This document shows, piece after piece, positions 53,524-61,290 of a stretch of DNA of 64,000 nt. Source of the DNA: an uncultured bacterium (GTDB lineage Bacteria; Arandabacterota; Arandabacteria; JAGLYR01). The translations under genes and the position numbers were made by a program. The stretch covers positions 91-64,090 of the forward strand of contig CAZSXU010000024.1 of NCBI GenBank assembly GCA_964610505.1. Direction: 5' to 3'. The notes beneath the pieces are model-generated. The model made no database searches and was not told the DNA's origin. It saw only the letters and a program-made list of their open reading frames with translations. Each line of letters begins with the position of its first letter. Positions within the stretch are counted from its first letter, which is position 1.

Positions 53524-56500
53524 CGGCGATCGCGAATACTCCGGTGGAGACGTCCCTGAGGCGGAAGGACCTCTCGTCGAGGAGACCCTCGGTGAGACCG
53601 CCGAAGAGCCCGCGTCCGAAGAACCCCGGGCGGCCCTGGTCGTCGGAGGCGGGATTGCGGGTATCCAGGCGGCCATCGATCTGGCCGACTCCAATCTCCA
53701 GGTGTACCTGGTGGAACGGTCTCCGAGCCTGGGTGGACGCATGGCCCAGCTCGACAAGACCTTCCCGACGATGGACTGCTCCATCTGAATTCTCGGTCCT
53801 CGAATGATGGATGCCGGTCGGCATCCCAACATCAAGGTTCTGACCTACTCGGAAGTCACGGGTCTCACGGGCGAGGCCGGAAACTTCACGGCCACGGTGC
53901 GGCGTCACCCCCGCTTCGTCAGAGAAGATCTTTGCACGGGGTGCGGCCAGTGTGTGGAGAAGTGTCCCGTGGTCGTCCCCAACGAGTTCGACGAGGGACT
54001 GGGCGCGCGAAAAGCCATCTACTCGCCCTTCGCCCAGGCCGTTCCCAACGTCTACGTCATCGATCGCGAACATTGCCTGAACAGCGACTTCCTGGTTTGT
54101 GAGAACTGCAGCAGATCCTGCGAGAGAGACGCGATCGACTACGACATGAAGCCCGAGGATCTCGACCTCCGGATCGGGGCCGTGGTGGTCGCTACGGGTT
54201 TTGATCTGTTTGATGCCCGCGCGATGAAGAACTACGGCTACGGTCTCTATCCCAACGTGCTGACCTCCCTTGAGCTCGAACGGATGCTGAACGCATCGGG
54301 CCCCACCCGGGGACACATCTTTCGGCCCACGGATCGGAAAGTCCCGCGATCGATCGTCTTTGTCCAGTGCGTGGGAGCCCGGGGAGAGGCGGGCCAGCAG
54401 TACTGCTCACAGTTCTGCTGCATGAACTCGGTCAAGGACTGCATGCTGGTCAAACAGCACGCGCCCGAGATCGAGCGGCTCGAGATTCTCTACACCGACG
54501 TGAGAGCCGCCGGAAAGGGGTTCGAGGAGCTCTACATCCGATCGCTCTCGCAGCCCGAAGTGTCCTATACGCGGGGCCGGCCCTCGAGGATCGAAGAAGA
54601 TCCCGACACGCAGGACCTCATCGTTCACGTGGAAGATACGAAAACGGGAAAGATCGAGAACGTTCGGGCCGAGATGGTTGTCCTCTCCTCGGCCGCCATT
54701 GCGGGGGCGAGGAATCGAAAGCTGGCCGAGGGCCTGGGAATCGATCTGGATCACCACGGGTACTTCCTGTCTCGGGAGGCGGAGGGAGAGTTGTTGGAGA
54801 CGACCCGTTCGGGCGTCTATCTGTGCGGGTGTGCCGGCGGCCCGAAGGACATCTCGGACTCGGTGGCCCAGGCCTCGGGAGCGGCCGCACGGGCGGAGGC
54901 TCACCTCGCGAATTGCCGGAGGCCTACGGAGAAGACGGAGGTCGAACCCCTGGATCTCTCGGGGCCTCCCCGGGTCGGCGTATTCCTTTGCCACTGCGGG
55001 ATCAACATCGCGGGGGTTCTGGATATTTCGACGTTGGGGGAGTCGGCCCGCGCCCTCCCGCACGTGGTCCATGTCGAGGAGAATCTGTTTCTCTGTTCGG
55101 ACACGGGACAGCGGGCGGTGCAGGAGGCCATTCGGGAGCACAAACTGAATCGTGTGGTGGCGGCGGCGTGCACGCCGCGAACGCACGAGCCGATCTTCCG
55201 CCAGAGCTGCCTGGAAATGGGCCTTAACCCTTATCTTTTCGAGATGGTCAATGTGCGGGACCAGTGTTCCTGGGTTCACACCCAGGAGCCGGCCCTGGCC
55301 ACCGAGAAGTCATTGGACCTTCTCCGGATGGCGGTGGCCCGGGCCGTCCGGCTGGAGCCTCTGGAGGCCCAGGAGATTTCGGTCGAACAATCCGCCATCG
55401 TGATCGGTGGGGGAATCGCCGGGATGCAGGCGGCCCTCGACCTGGACCGGCAGGGATTTCCGGTTACTCTCATTGAACAGGGAGACGCCCTGGGCGGGCG
55501 GCTGCTCGAAATCCACCGTCTCTATCCTGATTTCCGCGAGACACGCGTGCTCCTGGACGCCAAACGCCGAGACGTGGAGGCGAGCCATGTCGTGGTTCAG
55601 ACCGGAACCGAGGTGCGGTCGATCGGGGGCTTCGTAGGAAACTTCGAGGTGACGACGGATCACGGTACCCTCAAGACGGGCGCGATCATCCTGGCGATCG
55701 GTTCGGACCTCTACCGGCCCAAGGGGGAGTACGGCTTTGGCACGTACCCGAACGTGATTACGGGGCTGGATCTGGAGAGGCTGTTCTCCTCCTCGGGTGA
55801 GACCCTCATGCAAGACGGACGAGAGATCAAAACGGCGGCGTTCATCCAGTGCGTGGGATCTCGAGATCCCGAGGGACGCATCAGCTGCTCCCGTTACTGC
55901 TGCCCCACGACGGTGAAGCAGGCGATCGAGATGAGAGACCTCGGTGTGGAGGCGGTTGTTTTCTACCGCGACATGCGAACGGTGTCCCAGGGAACCGAGG
56001 AGCTGTACCGTCTGGCCCGGCAGAAAGGCGTACGTTTCATTCCCTACACGCCCGAGTATCGGCCGCGCGTTTCCGGGAACGAGGTCGCCCAGTCCGTAAA
56101 GGTGTTCCACGACATGCTCGGGGACGACGTCGAGGTCGACGTGGACCTCGTCGTGCTGGCCACGGCCATGGTGCCCCGCGAGAAAGAGACGGCCGATCTC
56201 CAGATGCTCCTGAAAGTGCCTCGCGGGACCGACGGCTTCTTCATGGAGCGGCACGCGAAGCTGGGACCCGTGGAGACGGTGGTGGAAGGGGTCTTTGTCT
56301 GCGGAACGGTCCAGGGGCCGAAGGACATCGCCGAATCCATCGCGCAGGCATCGGCGGCCGCGGCCAAGGCCGCCGCCCTGATCTGTCGCGAACGAATCGA
56401 GCTGGAACCCACGACGGCGGTCGTGGATACGGCCCTCTGCAGAGCCTGTGGCCGGTGCGTGGAGATTTGCGATTTCCATGCGCCGGAGATCCAAGATCTG

Positions 56501-56659
56501 CCGACCGGGCTTCGGGCCGCCGTGATCAACCAGGCCCTGTGCAAAGGATGCGGCACCTGTGCTTCGTTGTGCCCGACCGGAGCCATTGCGGCCCGGCACT
56601 TCACCGACGAGCAGATCTTCGCCATGATCGAATCGTTGCTCCTGGGAGAGGTGGTGTAG
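53504..56659 (+). CDS. hdrA: Heterodisulfide reductase subunit A-like flavoprotein, selenoprotein (in-frame UGA at 53786-53788), double-module ~1051 aa
   Basis: Track ORFs 53504..53788 and 53804..56659 are in the same frame, separated by TGA. Read-through gives ...[36 protein letters not shown], matching the conserved HdrA FAD-domain motif KTFPTxDC(S/A)xCIL(S/T)PKM(V)E(A)GRHPNI with Sec replacing the second Cys. Module 1 is GxGxxG FAD ([20 protein letters not shown]), Fd ([13 protein letters not shown]), and CVGAR...YCSQFCC. Module 2 is a Cys-rich N-domain ([14 protein letters not shown]...), a second FAD domain ([17 protein letters not shown]), CVGSRD...CSRYCC, and a C-terminal 2x[4Fe-4S] ([24 protein letters not shown]). 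Confidence 0.85.
53809..53826 (+). promoter_or_regulatory. SECIS-like hairpin GGAUGCC-GGUC-GGCAUCC downstream of the hdrA UGA
   Basis: A perfect 7-bp stem with a GGUC apical loop begins 21 nt after UGA. GGUC is also the apical loop of the E. coli fdhF SECIS (GGUUGCA-GGUC-UGCACC). Confidence 0.6.
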
Positions 56660-57160
56660 ATGGCCAGGAAGAAAACGCCCGGAGCGAAAACCCCCGCACG
56701 GGGCCGGAAGAAAGCGGTGGAATTCGTTCCCCGGATCATCGTTTTCGCGTGCAACTGGTGCAGCTATGCCGGGGCGGACAACGCCGGGGTCAACCGGATT
56801 CAATACTCCCCGCATTTCCGGGTCATCCGGACCATGTGTTCGGGACGCGTTCATCCCTCCTTCGTTCTGAGGGCCTTCGAACTGGGCGCGGACGGAGTTC
56901 TGGTCTCAGGATGCCACATCGGGGATTGTCACTACATCTTCGGAAATGAGAGGGCCATCGAGAACTTCGAGAAGACCAAGGCTTTGGTCAAGACCCTGGG
57001 TCTCGAAGAGGGCCGGATCCGGCTGGAGTGGGTTTCGGCCGCCGAGGGCCCTCGTTTCGGACAGGTCATCGATGAATTCGTCGATGCCGTTCGCAACCTG
57101 GGGCCCTCGCCGATCGGGAAGAATGGAGGGGCGGCCACGGGTGCTGAACCACGAAAGTGA
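56660..57160 (+). CDS. mvhD: MvhD-like (methyl-viologen-reducing hydrogenase delta subunit family / FlpD-like) [2Fe-2S] protein
   Basis: [18 protein letters not shown]...[39 protein letters not shown] is the hallmark MvhD motif. Confidence 0.85.
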   Translation: MARKKTPGAKTPARGRKKAVEFVPRIIVFACNWCSYAGADNAGVNRIQYSPHFRVIRTMCSGRVHPSFVLRAFELGADGVLVSGCHIGDCHYIFGNERAIENFEKTKALVKTLGLEEGRIRLEWVSAAEGPRFGQVIDEFVDAVRNLGPSPIGKNGGAATGAEPRK

Positions 57161-57198
57161 GCATCGTCGGGCCGGAATGTGAAACCCCTGAGCGCGGG

Positions 57199-58350
57199 AT
57201 GAGCAACGTGGAGATCTTCTGGAAGAGTATCAAGTCGAGCAGGGCCTACTCCTGTCTGGAGTGCGGCAAGTGTACGGCCTGCTGCCCGGTCTCCCGCTAC
57301 AACGGGGTGTTCTCGCCGCGCCGTGTGGTGGCCGAGACGATCGAGGGAGGTGGGGAGGGCCTGATCTCGAACGCCGCCCTTTGGGAATGTCTCACCTGTG
57401 GGATGTGTGAAGAACGCTGCCCGATGGACGTGCACTTCTCAGAGTTCATGAGGTCCCTCAGGACCGTCGCTCTGGATCGGGGATTCTCCTCGGTGCCGTC
57501 GCACGGAGGCGTGCTCCAGTCTCTGATGCGGATGATGGTGTCTCCCACGATGAAACAGGATCGGATGTGGTGGGTGACCGAGGATTTGGAGATCGAGTCG
57601 CGCGGGGAGATCCTCTACTTCGTCGGGTGTCTGCCCTATTTCGACGGTCTCTTCGCCCCGGATTTCAAGTTCAAACCTACGGACATCGCACAGGCGACGG
57701 TCCGGATTCTCAATGCGGCCGGAATCCAACCCGTGGTCGATCCCAACGAGCGGTGCTGCGGGCACGATCTCCTCTGGTCCGGAGACGAGAAGAACTTCAA
57801 GATGCTGGCAGAGCAGAACGTCGCAGCGATTCGGGAGACGGGGGCCTCGGTCGTGGTCACGGCCTGTGCGGAGTGCGCCTCGACGCTGAGAGACGTGTAT
57901 CCGGCATACGTCGGTGCCCCGGGCTTCGAAGTGAAACACCTGGCGGAACTGGTGACCGAGCGATCGGGGGACCTCTCCTTCAAGGAAGCCGCAGCAAGCG
58001 TGACCTTTCAGGATCCGTGTCGCTTGAGTCGGCATATGGGACTGAAGGACGCCCCCCGGCAGGCTTTGGACCTCGTGCCCGGTCTCACACGGGTGGAAAT
58101 GCTCCATTCCGGGTCGAACGCGATGTGCTGCGGTACCAGCGCCTGGATGAGCTGCGACCAGACATCCAAACGCATTCAGGGCGACCGGTTGGCGGAAGCC
58201 GAGGACACGGGGGCGGACACCCTGGTGACCGCGTGTCCCAAGTGTCAGATCCATTTCCGGTGTGCCCTTTCCGACGGACAGACGAGTGGACAACCCCAGA
58301 TGGATATCCAGGATCTGAGCGTTTTCCTGGCATCCTGCCTGCAGCGGTAG
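57199..58350 (+). CDS. hdrD: HdrD-like heterodisulfide reductase subunit (HdrC-type 2x[4Fe-4S] fused to HdrB-type tandem CCG domains)
   Basis: CLECGKCTACCPV and CLTCGMCEERCPM (HdrC part). The CCG domains are VGCLPYFDG...ERCCGHDLL and QDPCRL...MCCGTSAWMSC...ACPKCQIHFRC. ATG 57199 (MSNVEIFW) is preferred. The track start 57157 overlaps mvhD. Confidence 0.85.
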   Translation: MSNVEIFWKSIKSSRAYSCLECGKCTACCPVSRYNGVFSPRRVVAETIEGGGEGLISNAALWECLTCGMCEERCPMDVHFSEFMRSLRTVALDRGFSSVPSHGGVLQSLMRMMVSPTMKQDRMWWVTEDLEIESRGEILYFVGCLPYFDGLFAPDFKFKPTDIAQATVRILNAAGIQPVVDPNERCCGHDLLWSGDEKNFKMLAEQNVAAIRETGASVVVTACAECASTLRDVYPAYVGAPGFEVKHLAELVTERSGDLSFKEAAASVTFQDPCRLSRHMGLKDAPRQALDLVPGLTRVEMLHSGSNAMCCGTSAWMSCDQTSKRIQGDRLAEAEDTGADTLVTACPKCQIHFRCALSDGQTSGQPQMDIQDLSVFLASCLQR

Positions 58351-58371
58351 TTCAGCAGGAGGTGAATACGG

Positions 58372-60873
58372 ATGTTCGAGACGGCAAAGACAGACGGGAT
58401 CAGGGTCGGCGTGTTCGTCTGCGATTGCGGACTGAATATCGCAGGCACCGTGGATACGGAGGCGGTGGCGGAATACTCCCAGACCCTGGACGACGTGGTC
58501 GCCGTGATCCGCAACAAGTATACCTGCGCCGACCCCGGGCAGAATGAGATCAAGAAGGCGATCGTCGAACACAACCTGAACCGTGTGGTCGTCGCCTCCT
58601 GCACGCCGAAGATCCACGAGCCGACGTTTCGAAACTGCGTGGCCGAGGCGGGACTCAATCCGTATCTCTTCGAGATGGCCAACATCCGGGAGCACGTGAG
58701 CTGGGTCCATCAAACCGAGAAGGAAGCCGCCACCCAGAAGGCAAAGGACATCGTCAGGTCCGCCGTGGCTCGGGCCCGGCTGCTGGAAGCCCAGACCGAG
58801 GCAGAGGTGAAGGTCACACAGGCGGCCCTGGTCATCGGTGGGGGGGTGGCGGGAATCCAGGCGGCGCTGGATCTGGCCGACTCCGGCCATACGGTCTACC
58901 TGGTGGAGAAAGAGCCGACGATCGGCGGAATTATGGCCGCCCTCGACAAAACCTATCCGACCATGGACTGCTCCATATGAATTCTCGGTCCGAAAATGAT
59001 GGATGCCGGTCGGCATCCCAGGATCCGGCTTCTGGCCAACAGCGAAGTCACCGACGTCAAGGGATACATCGGGAATTTCACGGTGACGATCAGGCGCAAG
59101 GCCCGCTACGTGGACGAGACCGAATGTACCGCTTGCTCGGAATGCGCCAAGGTCTGTCCGGTTGCGGTGCCGGATGAGTACCAGCAGGGATTCTCCTCAC
59201 GGAAGGCAATCTATATTCCTTTCCCTCAGTCTGTTCCGTCCTCCTACATCATCGACATGGAGAGCTGCCTCGGGAATAACCCCATCGCCTGCGGGAAATG
59301 CCTGGAAGCGTGTGACAAGGACTGCATCGACTTCGACGCCAAGGACGAGTTCATGGAGGTCGAAGTCGGGACCGTCATCGCCGCCACCGGGATGGATGTA
59401 TTCGACCCGTCCGGCCTGGATGAATACGGGTACGGCAAGTATGAGAACGTGATCACGAGCATGGAGTTCGAGCGGTTGATCTGCGCGGGAGGGCCCACGG
59501 AGGGACACTTCATCCGGCCGAGCGACCGGAAGCTGCCGATGAGAATCGGATTCGTCCAGTGCGTCGGCTCCCGGTCCGAGAGAGGGGGCGTCCCGTACTG
59601 CGGCAACATCTGCTGCATGAACACCATCAAGGATACCCTTCTGCTGGCGGATCACTACCCGGACGTGGAATCCACGGTGTTCTACATGGACATTCGAGCT
59701 TTCGGGAAGGGATTCGAAGAGCTCTACCGGCGAAGCAAGGAGGAAGGGGTCCGCTACATTCGAGGCCTTCCGGGGGAGATCCTGGAGGATCCCAAGACCC
59801 GGAACCTCCGCGTGCGGGTGGAGAACACCACGGCCGGACGCCTGGAAGAGCACGAGCTGGACATGGTGGTCCTCTCGGTGGGAGTGATTCCCCGTCACGA
59901 TTCTCCCGCCATTCGCCAGCTGCTGACCCTCTCGAAGACGGCGGACGGTTTTCTCATGGAATCGCACCCGAAGCTGAAGCCCGTGGATGCCCCGACCCGG
60001 GGTGTATTCTTCGCCGGTTGCGCCGAGTATCCCAAGGACGTCAAGGATAGCGTGACGCAGGCGTCCGCTTCCGCTGCCCGCGCGGAGATTCTGCTCAACC
60101 AGGGGAAGGTGACCATCGAGGCCATCACGTCGAGGATCGACGCCGAGAAGTGCATCTTCTGCGGCCGGTGCGCGAAAGTCTGTCCGTATAACGCCATCAC
60201 CCAGCCCGATCGGAAGAAGAAACTGTTGCCCATGGTGGTGGAGGCTGCGTGTGCCGGGTGTGGAACCTGTGCGGCCGAGTGCCCGACGGATGCCATTGCG
60301 ATGCGGCATTTCACGGACGAGCAGATCCTGGCTCAGATCGATGCCTATCTGGCGGAGAAACCGGAAGAGCAGATTGTCATCTTCGCGTGCAACTGGTGTT
60401 CGTACCCGGGTTCGGACCTGGCCGGGACCTCGAGAATTCAGTATCCGACGCACGGCCGAGTGATCCGCACGATGTGTTCGGGGCGCGTGGACGAGAAATT
60501 CGTTCTCCGCGCCTTTGAGCTGGGGGCGCCGCTGGTGCTCGTGTCGGGGTGTCATTTCTCCGATTGCCACTACATCAGCGCCGTGCAGTGGACGCAGGCG
60601 CGAATCGAGAAGCTCTGGGACAAGCTCGAAAAGCTGGGCATCCGCCCCGAAAGGCTCCAGCTGGAGTGGATCAGCGCGGCGCAGGGCCAGAGATGGGCCG
60701 AAACGATGAAGGCCCTGGAGGATCTGCGTGGGAAGGTGACGAGGGAGGAGATTCAGGAAACCCGGAAGATCCTGACGGATCTCCGGGCGAAAAAGGGTGC
60801 GGGAAAGACGAAAGCCAAGGCCAAGGCCAAAACCAAGGCGAAGGCCAAGGCTAAAACCGGCACGTCGGAGTGA
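58372..60873 (+). CDS. hdrA: HdrA-like flavoprotein fused to C-terminal MvhD domain, selenoprotein (in-frame UGA at 58978-58980), ~833 aa
   Basis: Track ORFs 58372..58980 and 58996..60873 share a frame across TGA: ...[36 protein letters not shown]. Domain order is Cys-rich N-domain ([14 protein letters not shown]), FAD ([20 protein letters not shown]) with Sec, Fd ([13 protein letters not shown]), CVGSR...YCGNICC, and 2x[4Fe-4S] ([24 protein letters not shown]), then MvhD ([18 protein letters not shown]...[39 protein letters not shown]). An AGGAGGTGA SD sits before ATG 58372. Confidence 0.85.
59001..59018 (+). promoter_or_regulatory. SECIS-like hairpin GGAUGCC-GGUC-GGCAUCC downstream of the second hdrA UGA
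   Basis: The nucleotide context is nearly identical to the first hdrA: ccatggactgctccat(a/c)tgaattctcggtcc...aatgatggatgccggtcggcatccca. Confidence 0.6.
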
Positions 60874-60882
60874 GGGAGAACC

Positions 60883-61029
60883 GTGGCGGACGAAGCGGAT
60901 TTCAAGTGCCTCCGGTGTGGGGCGGATCTGAAGTTCCCCTACACGGAAGGAGAGGGGCCCAAAGAGCGGGCCTGCCCGAAATGTAAGAGCAACAGTGTGC
61001 GCCGGATCAAGAAAAAGAAAGACGAATAG
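60883..61029 (+). CDS. Small zinc-ribbon protein (48 aa; CxxC...CxxC), not in ORF track
   Basis: GTG start 4 nt after a GAGGGAG SD, immediately after the hdrA' stop. The product is VADEADFKCLRCGADLKFPYTEGEGPKERACPKCKSNSVRRIKKKKDE. It is too short for the track cutoff. Confidence 0.4.
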   Translation: MADEADFKCLRCGADLKFPYTEGEGPKERACPKCKSNSVRRIKKKKDE

Positions 61030-61099
61030 CGGCTCAGCTGCTGCTGCGGGTGGACCGATACGCATATCGGAGGGCGAACCTGAGGGATCGCCCTCCGCG

Positions 61100-61190
61100 C
61101 TGTCGGGGCGAACGGGCGGCAGCCCCCACCCCGAACCACAGATTAGCTGCCTCGCAAACGAGGCGGCGCACAGATTGCGCAGATTCAAAT
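61100..61190. repeat. Degenerate REP/MITE-like element (CCACAGATTAGCTGCCTCGCAAACGAGGCGGCGCACAGATTGCGCAGATTC; contains CGGGGCGA and GCCTCG-caaa-CGAGGC hairpin)
   Basis: Read directly downstream of the zinc-ribbon ORF. It shares the CCACAGATT / CACAGATTG motifs with the other copies. Confidence 0.45.
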
Positions 61191-61290
61191 GTGCATGGAG
61201 GCAAGAACCGGCCTCCATGCAGCAGCTATTCCCTTCGTGCTCTTCGTGATTCCGACTTTGGGTTCCGGCCGTAGCGGTTGAGGGTCGCCG

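Noticed and set aside
53786-53788. Interpretation of the TGA in hdrA (and at 58978, 13552) as genuine stops or pseudogenising mutations
   Set aside because: Each TGA falls exactly where homologues have a conserved Cys or Sec. The frame is maintained on both sides and a hairpin follows each. Three independent nonsense mutations at selenoprotein-specific positions is implausible.
50902-59016. Series of long minus ORFs (50902..52050, 51801..53024, 52705..53835, 53375..54316, 54407..55279, 55310..56854, 57439..59016)
   Set aside because: All are antisense to the OFOR and Hdr genes, which carry unambiguous cofactor motifs on the plus strand.
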